In this document: positions 49,160-61,189 of the stretch, one piece after another
How the letters are laid out: every line of letters begins with the position of its first letter
Position numbering within the stretch: the stretch's first letter is position 1
DNA from: the human T2T-CHM13v2.0 reference genome, Homo sapiens
Length of the DNA stretch: 64,000 nt
Strand: one strand, 5' to 3'
NCBI RefSeq assembly: GCF_009914755.1
Contig: NC_060927.1
Notes under the pieces: generated by a model
The model's database searches: none
What the model was told of the DNA's origin: nothing
What the model saw: only the letters and a program-made list of their open reading frames with translations
Translations under genes and position numbers: made by a program

Positions 49160-50064
49160 ATTTCTTCCTGGTGTTGGGTGTTACAGGAAAAACTACTGAG
49201 TGTTTGCCTTATTTGATACATACTTTGCATCCATTATACTATGTAATGTTCACAACAATTCCATGAGATGAATATTATCATCTTTATTTTATAGATGAGA
49301 AAACTGAAGTGCAGAAAGCTTAAATAACACAGTGTTACAGAGCTATTGCTAGAGGCTTGATTTAAATGCAGATTTTGTTTTTATGCCAAAGCCAGCATTC
49401 TAAAGGAGTGTTTCTGAATGTTGGCCTCTCTAGCTAGGTTGGGGTGTTTTTCAAACTGCAGGTTGAGAGGTCAGTTTAGTGAGTTGCAACCAGCATTAAA
49501 AAAATAATTGAACAGGATGAAAAACACCAGAGTGTGTCATATGTAGTTTGGGTAAATAGGTCTTGGTGTATGAAACTTTTGTTTCGACTATAAAGATATT
49601 TATAAACATACATATATAAGCACATTTCTGTGCACTGGGCAACAATGTAAATGATATTTCTTACCATGTCGTAGTTTGAAAGCCAAGGGAGTGGACAAGG
49701 AGGAATGAAGATAAAGAAAAAATGGGAGAGCAAGAGGGAAAAATATGAATGAGTGAGAGAATGAATAACTGTCAAAGGGACAAAGAGACTCGAGAGGGAG
49801 AGGAAGTAGAAAAGAGTGGGGAAAGAGGGAGAATGGACAACTCAGAGAAAGAGACACAGAGATTCAGGGAGAGTTGAGGGTGGGCAAGAGAAGGAAGACA
49901 TCATATGGTTCTGTCTTTCATTCCACTCAGCAAGCACATGTCCCTACTTGATGGCAGAACTGGAGATCTCTCAGGAGATTTTAGTTTTCATACACTTCTC
50001 ATGCTGTGATTCTCTTGTCGTTCTCAGTGTAAGTAAAATGAAGATCTTTATTAACATGGCTTCT

Positions 50065-50700
50065 AGTCATTACAGCAAAAAGACACCTGCACGTTTATGT
50101 TTATCACAACACAATTCACAATTGCAAGGATATGGAACCAACATAACTGCCCATCACTGATGAGTGGATAAAGAAAATGTGGCATATATACACCATGCAA
50201 TACTACTCAGCCATTAAAAAAAGAATGAAATACTGTCTTTTGCAGCAACCTGGATGGAGCTGGAGGCCATTATTCTAAGTGAAGTAACTCAGGAATGGAA
50301 AACCAAATACCATATGTTCTCACTTATAAGTGGGAGCTAAGCTATGGGTACACAGAGGCATGCAGAGTGGGATAATGGACTTTGGAGACTCAGAAGGGAG
50401 GAGGGTGGGAGGGAGGTAAGGGATAAAAGACTACATATTGGGTACAGTGTATACTACTCGGTGAGGGTGCACTAAAATCTCAGACTTCACCACTACAAAA
50501 GTCACCCATGTAACCAAAAACCACTTGTATGCAAAAGGTATTGAAGTTCTATATGCATGTACATATGTGTATAGGTATGTTATATATATATGTGTACATA
50601 CAGACACGTGCAGGTGTCTTCTTGATATAATGACTAGAAGCCACGTTTAATAAAAATAATATATATTATTTCAATATAAATAATAAAAATAATAAAAACT
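50065..50700 (+). mobile_element. L1PB-like 3' fragment with rearranged tail
   Basis: aaagacacctgcac...ggagctggaggccattattctaagtgaagtaactcaggaatgg...; TSD-like atggcttct at ~50056 and ~50701. Confidence 0.85.
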
Positions 50701-52244
50701 ATGGCTTCTCCATAACAGTATTCTATCTCATCTGTTGCTCAGCTGAAAATCAGTGATCTGAACTGATGTGAAAAAAAAAATACGCTGTGTTGAAATTGCT
50801 GAGAGAAGGTATGAGATCCCTAGTACACTGCTTTCTAAGGAACTGGCAAAGGCAATTTTGAATATATGTAATTTTTGTCTTTTGAGCTGACTAATTTTTA
50901 TTCTACTGTACAGCAGCCTTTTATGTTTTAGTGGGAAACCATAGATAACAAACACATTTTAACATCTTCTATTTCCAGGGAATTCTACATCCATTAAGTA
51001 TCTTACTTTCAAAGGATTCTGGACTCATTTAATGAAAAGCCCATTTGTACAGACTTGGAAATTGAGTGAACATTTGTATGAAACTTCCCTGCATACCGAT
51101 GCTTTCATGAGAATTCTATTACTCAATCTCAGCAGCCACTCTACTAGATTACACTTATGTTAATTTTATCACAGAAATTGGAGCTCTGTGAGTTTAAGTC
51201 TCTTGCACAAATTTTCATCTAAAAAGTGGAAGAGCTAGATTCTAGCCTTGATTTTCTGACCCCAAATTTCATATTTTTCCCACTAGACCAGAAATAGCAA
51301 CAATAGATTGAAAAATAATGTGTTACAATTTGGAAGAAAAATTTTAATTTTAAGTCTGAGTATGGTGCAAAGTCTAAAATGCCCATTGTTTTGCTGCAGC
51401 TGAGTATTCTAATTTTCTCCTCCCCCAGCCCAAGGGTAGTTGTTTGGGTAGTTCTTTATTTCTAGCCCCCCATTAGTAAATTATATTGTTATGCTTTCTT
51501 GTGATCCATTCATGGCCTTTCTTCACTGAAGATTGTTATAAACACCAACTTTATTCTAGTTACTAACAATGTTGCATCAAGTAACTTGGGTAGATGCTTA
51601 TTGTCATCAGCTTAGGTGGGTATTCTTTTTTAAAATAAGTGCTGAATGTAAGGTTGAGTAAGTAGGACCCACCAGAGTGAACTCCATCTCAAAAGCCATC
51701 ATTACCTGTTAGAAAAGAATTGTGTTTTTCCCAGCTTGCCAAAATGATGCTGCTATATATCCTATTCATCTTGTTTGGTCCTACCAGTAACATTTAAAAA
51801 AAAAGAAATATCTAGGAAAAATGCTGTGGTAGTTTTGCTCCAACTTCCTATGCTAAAAACTTTATGTGTGTTGTGTAATAGGACCCTTCAGCCAGGACAT
51901 CTTGTCCTACCTTTGCCCCTAAATTTCCTCATTTTTAATAAGGATTCATGCCTCCAAATGTCAAAATGTTAAAGCATATTATTTATTCTTATTTAATGAT
52001 TTTTTTCTTACCTTCAAACGGTAGTTGCTAATGGAAATGTTCCTCCTTTCCTCTACTGGTTTTATTTTGCTGAGTGTTTATTACATTCAACCAAATACTT
52101 CCAGGAAGCTGAGATTCAGCTCTACACTCCATGGAAGCTTTGTCAACGCAAGCAAAATATACATCCCTGTGAAAAGATACAGTATTCTTACCTCATTATA
52201 ATTTTAATAACTGGTAGTATCTGACTGTTTGTTCATTATTTCAG

Positions 52245-52405
52245 AGATCCCAGAAGACCCACTTGTGGCTGAAGAGTACTACGCTGATGCATTTGATTCC
52301 TATTGTGTAGAGAGTGATGAGGAGGAAGAAGAAATAGCGTTAGAAAGACCAGAGAAAGAAATCAGGAATGAGGGATCCCAGCCTGCTTACAGAACAAACC
52401 AACAG
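52245..52405 (+). CDS. NEK11: Internal coding exon of serine/threonine kinase NEK11 (acidic C-terminal non-catalytic region, long isoforms)
   Basis: Branch-like ctgac, polypyrimidine tract and tttcAG acceptor (52243-44); CAG|GTATGT donor at 52405/6. 161 nt, phase 1 to phase 0. Encodes (E)IPEDPLVAEEYYADAFDSYCVESDEEEEEIALERPEKEIRNEGSQPAYRTNQQ, which I recognise as human NEK11 (about residues 467-520). Confidence 0.93.
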
Positions 52406-54488
52406 GTATGTAATGCTCCCTGTCGGAAGCCATGGAACTGTTCAAGGTACTGATTGGACTCTCCCAGAGAAGAAAGGAAGTCTTATAAGGTGAAGTTGGG
52501 GACATGGGGAACAGGGTTATTATAATAGCTACTTGTGGTAAGTCTGGCTTTTCAAGGTCCAGAGGCAGGCAGGGCCCTATGGAATTTGGAGAATCTGATC
52601 TGGACCATGTTGATGGGGGAAGAACTGGAGCATGCTGCACTTATTTGGGGGGTTGGGAGATGGCACACACCATATTCCCACTGAGGAGGGCTTCGTATAC
52701 AGCTATTGAATTAAAAAATGCAAATATCTCTTTAGCAGAGAGAATGGCACTTTTTATATACTTTTCTGTCTGGTAATCATATTTTGGGGTCATATTCACA
52801 AATTGAATGCAAATAAAATTTGTAAAGACTGACTTAGTTTTGGGGATCAGAACCAAAGATCCTGGGCTTAGGGGATAATCTGTCTAGCTACTTTTAGCCT
52901 CTGAGGACACATTCTTGCTTAAGTGGTGAAGTCTCTGAGTATATGCCCTATGCCCTTGTAGTAGATCTCTTTTAACTATAGCAAGATTAAGCCTTATATG
53001 GGCCATAGGTCAAGAAACACCCCTGACATGTGCTTTCAGTGTTGAGTGTCTGCAACAGAGGAATAAAAAGCAAGAGGCTTATGAAGATGAAGGGGAAAGC
53101 TTTGGGCAATGTGCATACATACCTTCTTTTCTTCTTACCTTCCAATCCTAAACTTCCATGAGTTACAGAAGCTTTTGTTAACTGAGAACCATGCAGCTAC
53201 TAAAATAAAAGTCTACCAAAGGGCACCTGAGTGAAGACTCAGCTAGAGGAGATGATTTTTGGAGTGAAGATGATTCACTCCAAAAATCCATTCAACCATT
53301 TTTAATAAAGACTATGCAATATATCATAATATTCAATCCATTCAGCCACTTAAATCCATTCAACCATTTTAATAAAGATTATGTGTCATAATATTCAATA
53401 AATAAAAGCAGTAAGAAGTGCTCTCCAATTTGATATTAAGAGAGAGAGGCAAGTGAAGGGTACAGGTATGGGGCCAAGCAAAAAAAGGGATGAGATAAAG
53501 AGGAGAAAGAGATGAAGAGAAAGGATTAGAGAGAGATAATTTAGGAGACAAATACATGAAGAGAGAAACAAATACATTTGGAGAAAAATACAGCTAAAGG
53601 GGGGATTCAGAATGCCAAAATAAAAACTTAGCTTATACCGTTTCCCCATTTTTTTCCAACGGAATCTGGAAAACAACAGCACCTCCTACCACAAATCGAA
53701 AATATAATTTCTACTACCTTCTGAGCCACTGTCATAAACAACTGTAACGGATATTATTGCAGCATTACAGAGCCTTCATTCTGGGCCTATGGTTGCAAAA
53801 CACATGATATGCAAAATACATACAGTGCTCAATTTTTGGTCAAAGCATCAAGCGGTAAAATTTTAGCTACTAATATTATCACTTAGAAATGTTTTTTAAG
53901 AAAATAAAACAGATTTAGAACCACATGAATAAAATACTATATGGCAAACAGCTCCTAGGTCAGGAAATACAATTTTTCCAGTCTCAGAATATCCATCTTT
54001 GGCACTTAGAATATAGGGTTGGAAAACAGATTGCTTGCATGTCTTTATAACTTGCAGTTTGCGTGACCTTGTTCAAATTACTGAACTTCACTGTGCCTCA
54101 GTTTTCTAATCTGTAAAGTGGGAGAATAATGGTTTCTACCTCACAGAGTGGTTTTGAGGATTAAATGAAGTAATCAATATAAAGTAATTAGAATAATGCT
54201 CAGAATTTAATAAAATACTTCATGAGATATTAGCTATTATTATTATGAAGTTACTCAGTCAAGGTATCCAGTACCTCTTTAGGATACTGCCAAAACTCCT
54301 TAATGTTAAAGTGAGATTTTCTAACTTGCTTTTAAGTAATTTTTTAAAAATTCCTTCTTATTAGTCTTAAGGCAGATGATAAACATAAGGGCAGCAGTTT
54401 TGTTCTCTGGGTTGTATATCTATCACATGTTACATGACAGATTGTGATTGATTTTAAGTAATCTATTGGGACAAGATGCTAAGGCCTC

Positions 54489-54850
54489 TCATATGGTTTG
54501 GCTATATCCCCACCCGAATCTCATCTTGAATTGTAGCTCCCATAATTCCCATGTGTTATGGGAGGGACATGGTGGGAGATAATTGAATGATGGGGTGGTT
54601 TCCCCAGTACTGTTCTCATGGTAGTGAATAAGTCTCACGAGATCTGATGATTTTATAAGGGGTTTCCTTTTTCACTTTGCTCTCATTCTCTCTTGCCTGC
54701 AGCCAGGTAAGACATGGCTTTCACCTTCCACCATGACTGTGAGGCCTTTCCAGCCATGTGGAACTGTGAGTCCCTTAAACCTCTTTTTCTTTATAAATTA
54801 CCCAGCCTCACGTATGTCATTATTAGCAGTGTGAGAACAGACTAAATACA
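54489..54850 (+). mobile_element. THE1C/D solo LTR
   Basis: atatggtttggct...ctcatcttgaattgtagctcccataattccc...cagccatgtggaactgtgagtc; 5-bp TSD GCCTC. Confidence 0.92.
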
Positions 54851-54913
54851 GCCTCTCACATACATGGTGGTATTTTGTCTCACAAACCCTGTTGGGTAGT
54901 TATCTTATTCCTA

Positions 54914-54997
54914 TTTTCTTTTTTTTCTTTTTTTTTTTGAGACAGAGTCTCGCTCTGTTGCCCAGACTGGAGTGCAGTGGCATGATCTCTGCTCACT
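54914..54997 (-). mobile_element. Severely 5'-truncated Alu (about 60 nt plus tail) inserted in a MIR
   Basis: Poly-T plus gagacagagtctcgctctgttgcccag...gctcact; MIR-like sequence resumes at ctaattgaggaaa. Confidence 0.85.
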
Positions 54998-55108
54998 CTA
55001 ATTGAGGAAAGTTAGTTTCTGAGAGAGGTGTAGCCTTCCTGCGGTCACGTAGCTAGGCAAGGATCAGACTCATGCCTCAGGCCCACATCAGTCACATTCT
55101 CAAGTCAA

Positions 55109-55220
55109 TGTTTTTGCTACTATAGAATATATATTGACCTAGAATGGACTTGGCATAAGGGAAACAGAAGTGTTGCCAAGTCCATTCTAGGTCAATATAC
55201 ATTCTATAGTAGCAAAAACA
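55109..55220. repeat. Near-perfect hairpin: 47-bp arms, 18-nt loop
   Basis: 55109-55155 vs 55174-55220, one mismatch. Confidence 0.95.
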
Positions 55221-56698
55221 ATACACAGTAGAGCAATTTGTATAGATTAGCAAAAAATAGAGTAATTTGTTTAGAGTAGCAAAAACAATTACACAATAGA
55301 GTAATTTGTATTAGAGACAGGTAATTACAACCCCATTTGTTTTCTTCCAGTAATTCAATGTAGTTTCTCCTTCCCCAAAGGTGATGAATGTGGACTCTTC
55401 CCTTTCAGGTTATTTTCATTAGCAACATACAAATTACACTACAGAACTCAGTCATGGTCAACTTTGTGAATTGAGAGAGACCTGCTGCCATCTCTCAGAT
55501 TGGCCTCTTCTCCCCTTTCCCTGGTCTTGCCCTGGACCTCTGAGTGTGCCAGGGTCTGCTTAGATGGTCATCACACAAATGCCTTCTATGTGTGTAATCA
55601 GATCAAAGTTGATTCCCCTTCCTTTAGATGGAGCCAAAGTCACATAGTTATTTTGATGAAAGAAGTGCTTTCAAAAAGAAACACAGCCATGGACTTCATT
55701 GAGATTGATTACTGAGTTCTTTGTGCCACCCATGACAATCTTTTTAGTAGCAGTGTCTCCAAAGCAGTTTTATTAAGCACCTAATTGCTGATGATTGCCA
55801 ACTGTTTCTCTGCTGTGATAAGCACAGCATCAATAAAACCTTTATCACAAGCCATTATCATATTGTTGATGGCTCCTCTGCCAAGTCTGTGGTCACTGAA
55901 TTGGAGCCAGCATCTTAGATCTCAGGAGAATTGAGTTTATAGCTGCCGTCATAACAGGGTTCTCCACAACACTTGTGCAACCTGTCACTAAAAAGTGTTT
56001 TATGCGCTCTAATGGACATGGTTTAGGGCTACAGGCTGACGAGTGTTTTCACAGACTCTTCTGTCTTTCCTTTGCTGCCTTGACTATCATTTTTCTCTCC
56101 AAGACTAATAAATGGCTCAGATGCATCCAGTAATACACATACTAGGTGGACAATAATGACTCGACACAAATCTTCCTCGGAAGGGCTTTGTTTAATGAAT
56201 GTGGCTGTCACTGAGGCTTGTTTTAAGAAGGCTCTTCAGGACTATGGTGTTTGTTCTTCCTAAGATGAAAGGCGGCAGAGTTCCACTATTCCAGTTAATT
56301 CTGAAGTTCTCAATGCTTTTTCCCCAAATCATTCAGAGGTTTTGAAATTCTTAGGAAAAACAATTGATTTTCTTCTTGGAACATTGTCCCGGGGCAGAGA
56401 ACTGGATATGCGATAGGCAAGGCCTGAGATTCTGCTGAGGACCCTTGGATCTGATTGTCATGATGGTAGGTGCCTCCAAGAGTTCCTGCTGTTAGTTGAG
56501 TCATTAGTTTAATCAGATCATAGTAATGATAACAGTAACAGCTAGTATTTCCAGAATCTTCATTCTATGCTCGGTACTTTGCATGCTGTGTCAGTTCAGG
56601 TACTCCAGGAAGCAGGTGATGAGACAGAATTAGAAATAAAAAGGAAATTCCTATCAAGTAGGTGGGAGGAGTCTTAAACCATACTGATATATTTGAGG

Positions 56699-56754
56699 GG
56701 AAGGAAGGAAGGAAGGAAGGAAGGAAGGAAGGAAGGAAGGAAGGAAGGAAGGAA
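56699..56754 (+). repeat. (GGAA)14 microsatellite in an old LTR relic
   Basis: 56 nt uninterrupted, counted directly. Confidence 0.95.
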
Positions 56755-59700
56755 GGTTGGATGAGAACCTCAGGCTGCAGTGCAATTCTGATAAAACCTT
56801 GGCAGGCAGGCTGGCAGGCAGGAAGGAAGGTAGGGAAGGAGGGAGGGAGGGAGAGAGAGAGGGAGCAATTGGATGGGAGCCTCAGGCTGCACTGCAATTC
56901 TGAAAAAGGTTTGGCCCTGTCAAGAGGGAGCGCAAGGTGTGTTGCTGGAGTCCAGCACTGCGAAAGAATGGCCTGGCCCTAACTTCCCCATAGTGCTTAC
57001 ATTGCCTGGGAGTTGCCTGGGAAGAGCAGGGCCTCAGCGTGGACCCTGCATTGGATCCCGAAGGTGTTGTAGCCGAGGGCTGTCAGATCACTAGGCTCCT
57101 TGCAGCAGGGTCTATCTTGAAGGGACTTGTAAGTGGCAGATCTCATGGCTGTCACAGGTGTATTATTTCATTTAATTCTTGCAACAACTCTGATGCATAT
57201 ATTCTAGATGAACTGCATCAAACTAGAATTTAACTGGCTGGAATTCAAATAAGGGAGAAGGCAGAGATAAAGGAGAAGGTGAAGGTAGGAGAAAGGAAGG
57301 GATCATGAGTTAGGGATTTCATGTGACTTTTACTGAATGCTCCAGAGTCAAAATGAGCTGAGAGATATAAATCCAGTCCCTCTACTGCATCTCAGTTCCT
57401 GCATCTCTCAGACTGTAAGCCTCTTGTTGCTTTGAATTATTGTTGTAGACTTCCAGTATTTCAGATACATATTTTTCACACAATCTAGTCCCTACGTGCA
57501 AATCAGCTATTTCATTTGCTCAAAAAAGAAACAGCAGTGGAGGATATTTCAAGTGCTGACTTTAAAACCTAGGTCCCTTGAAAGATACTGTTTGTGACAT
57601 CCTAACTTCACACAAGAGGAAACTGAGGCATAAGGAAATTAAGTTACATCTCCAAGACCACACAGCTAGTAAGTAGCAGAACTGGACTGTATGAATTTAT
57701 TTTTAGCCTCTGCTTTATACAGTCTTTCCTCTGCACAACAATTAGAATTGCTTCTCCTCCACTGATGATAGAGTAAATGCGTTAGGTGCAAGGGAATAGC
57801 TGCAGGGCCATTGCATTATCTGGTACTCTGGCAAGACCTTTTTACTAAACAGAATGACTGTGCTATGTACAAGGCAAAATTTAAACCAGTTCCAGGAAGA
57901 GTGCTGAGTTATGAAAAGTAAAACAAAAAAGACCCAACATCTCTCATCTGTTATGGGATACAGATTTATCTCCTCCTACTATGTCCTTTTCTTTTTTAAG
58001 ATAAGTTGCCAGAACTGTTGAGTCCCAGTAGTGGGACTTATTTGCCTGTTATTTTTACATGATCTGACCTAATTAATTTACCTTCATACTTGGGAAGAAA
58101 CACTTTTTGTCTTAAATCGACCTTAGAGGTCATCAGTTCTAAAAAGCAGACTCCCAGCTGTTTCAGATTGTCGATCATTTTTCCATTAGCATTCCGCTGG
58201 CCTGTGTCCCAGGCTGTAAAGCCATCAGCCTTGCTACAGTGTTAGTGGATACTCCCAGTTTGGTGTGTCATTCCTTCTAGGTGATGGGCCTTCTGTAGAC
58301 TGTGTGTTGCTCAAAGGAGAGACTTTGAGGTGACAATTTCCACCCCTACCCCCCATCCCAGCCCTCATTTCCGTCATGATTCTTCCCCCTTCTCTCTCTC
58401 CCATTTCTTGTCCAGATCAAAGCATAGCTCATTGCTAGTCATATTAGGACCAGTCAAACCTTGCTGTGGAATACAGCACAGTGGGGTTTGTTTTTTTTTT
58501 TACATTATATCACTTACTTCTCTTAACAATTTGATATACTATTCTTTTTTTTTCTTCTGGCCTTTATTTTATTTTAGGTTCAGGGGGTACATGCGTGAGT
58601 TTGTGGGCTTTGTAGGAGGCTTAGTCATTAAGTCTTTAAAATTAGGTCCATTATAGGGTTTAGGATCACACCTACATTTTTCACCCCAATACCAAAGCAT
58701 GGAGAAAAAGGAGAAAGGCAATAGGGTGAAAAAAGGGCAAAGCAAATCTGAGCAGGAATGCAAAGTGTCTGAGTGTTCCCTTCAGTGTGAAGATGGAGAG
58801 GTCACCAGCCCCACAGTCTCCCTTGTTGGTGGCTGATCAGAGGTCCACAGGTCAATGGGCAAATAAAGGGACGGTGACCTTCACTGTGAGATGCCCTGTG
58901 CTCCGCTGTGCTGCTCCTGGAACTTTGGGGTGAGAGTGGTGAGACACAGCTGATAAGAGTAGTTGCAGTGGACCCTCTAGTGCTTTTCTCTCCAACAATC
59001 TTCTCCCTCCACTACCCTACATTAATCCCTGTTTCCCTAGCTATCATCAGAGCTGAGGTGCCCTGACCATATGGTGCACAGAAACCCTGCAAAAAATATG
59101 AAAACCATCCTAAACAGCGTTGGCAAACAGAAAAATACAAGTCCCATCCAACTGTTTTGTGATCAGAAATTTATTTTAATTTTCTGAATATTTCATTCAC
59201 CTAGACAGGGAGAGTAAATACCATTTCATGGTGTCCAGCCTGGGAGGAAAGGGTTGTGACACATGGGGGCCATTGTTGGGGGTGCATTGTTCCCACATAA
59301 CCTGGTAATCTGAAGGCACAGGGGTCTATGTCATCCCTGGGAAAACACCAGTCATAATAAGACAGAGCTACCTTGCAGCATCCAGGTGTTGTGCCAAACC
59401 CTTTACATGCCTTATCCCATTCATACTCACAGCACTCAATGCAATTAACATCTCTCACCATTTACAAATGAGAAGACTATGAAACAGACAGATTAACTAA
59501 TTTGACCTAAGTTACCCCATCCAATGACAGAGCTGGGGTTTAAACCAGCAAATATTCGTTGTACCAACTATTAGGAATTTGGAGTAAGTATAGAACTTAA
59601 TGTAGAAGTTGGTAAAGGAGAAGAAAAGGAGATTCTTGGGACCTAAGTGACAGCTCCAAAGTGTGTGAAAATGGACTATGAGCTGATGATTTAAAATCAT

Positions 59701-60775
59701 GTTTAAATCACAGGGCTACATTTTTCACTTACTCTGTGGGATTTAAATAAAAGTAAAGCTAAAACTAGAGTTAAAAATAGAAATCTGCAATAAACAACTG
59801 TGTATCACAATGACTATCTTTTGGACTGAAAAATTCTTGTGTTTTTGTGGCAATAAACCTCCCTTAAATTGCAGGACTTTCTTCTCTAGGCTATTGTATG
59901 TATAGAGTGGAAAGAGATTAAGTAGTTAATAAAGAGCAAGTGGAAGGATTGATTAGAGGTAGCTTTTCTTTCACTGTGCTGGAATTCTAGAAATGGATTG
60001 TTGCAGAGGGAGTACAGGCCTCACCAGTTCCTGGAAAATCCATTGCCCTGTTTTGGGTAGGTGTTACGTTGCCATTCTATCAGCCCTGCTTTTTTTTCGT
60101 CTCTTTATCCTTTACATTTCTAAACCGTAATTCTAAATGTCTTAAGAGTTCTGTCATTGGATACCTATGAATGTCTTTGAAACCCTAAAGCAATCCCACA
60201 GGCATTGACTTGCCGAGAACCTGGGCATTAATAAGAGACAGCTGCAGTTAGAAGGTTTTAATAATGCAGAGTAAACAAGGCATTAGCAGTGAAATGTGGA
60301 CACGTTGACAGTCACGTTTCAGCAATTCGGAATTCAGTGAAAGAGGCTTTTAGTCTTATGGGAGCTGTGGGGGCTTGTTGGCAGTTTGAGTTTTGCAGAT
60401 GTGGCTCTGTGTTCCTATCACCGCACACACTTTAAGGCAGAAGGCCACCATCAGTAGTGAGATAGGAGTTACGATATTAGCTTCCTGATTTCAGGGAAGC
60501 CCTCACAAAGGTGCCATCAGCTCTGTCCTATGGCTTTGTGCTAAACGGCATCTTCTGCCTTCCTATGAATTATGAATGCATATAAGCAAGGGCTTGGCTT
60601 CTAATGAGTTCAAGCTGAGATGTGAAAGGTACATCTGAGTGTGAAGAAGATGGATAAGGTCACCTTGGTGTTTTGGTTTCTGTAACTTAGTGACATTTTC
60701 CAGGGCTGTTCTGGACACCATTTGTGGGAGAGTAGATGATAGTTTAAAAATGCAACTTGGAGAAAAAAGTAGGTG

Positions 60776-61060
60776 GGGCTGGGTACATTGGCTCATTCCT
60801 GTAATCCTAGCACTTTGGGAGGCTGAGGTGGGAGGATTGCTTGAGCTCAGGAGTTTGAGAGCAGCCTGGGCAACATAGTGAGACCTAATCTCTACAAAAA
60901 AATTTTAAAATAGCTGAGCATGGTGGCATGGTGGCACTAAGCTACTTGGGTGGCTGAGGCAGGAACATCACTTGAGCCCAAGAGGTTGAGGCTGCAGTGA
61001 GCGATGATTAAGCCACTGTACTCCAGCCTGGGCAACAGATGAGACCCTGTCTCAAGAAAA
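60776..61060 (+). mobile_element. AluJo-like
   Basis: gggaggattgcttgagctcaggagtttgag...gggcaacatagtgagacc. Confidence 0.88.
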
Positions 61061-61189
61061 CACTTTTAGAAATGCAACATAGATGAGTTACTTTTTGGGT
61101 CATTCATTTATGCATCACATATTTGAATGGTCTAAGCACTGGGTATATGGTAGTGAACACAATAGACATAGTTCCACCTTCATGGGATC

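Noticed and set aside
49690-49900. Purine-rich stretch with ORFs on both strands
   Set aside because: Low-complexity GA-rich DNA; the ORFs are compositional artefacts
52229-52453. 74-aa ORF as a standalone gene
   Set aside because: It is the NEK11 exon plus intronic read-through on both sides (TTG start, canonical splice sites inside)
55221-55317. Short repeats with spacers as a CRISPR-like array
   Set aside because: Eukaryotic context, irregular degenerate units and no cas genes; better explained as a repair scar
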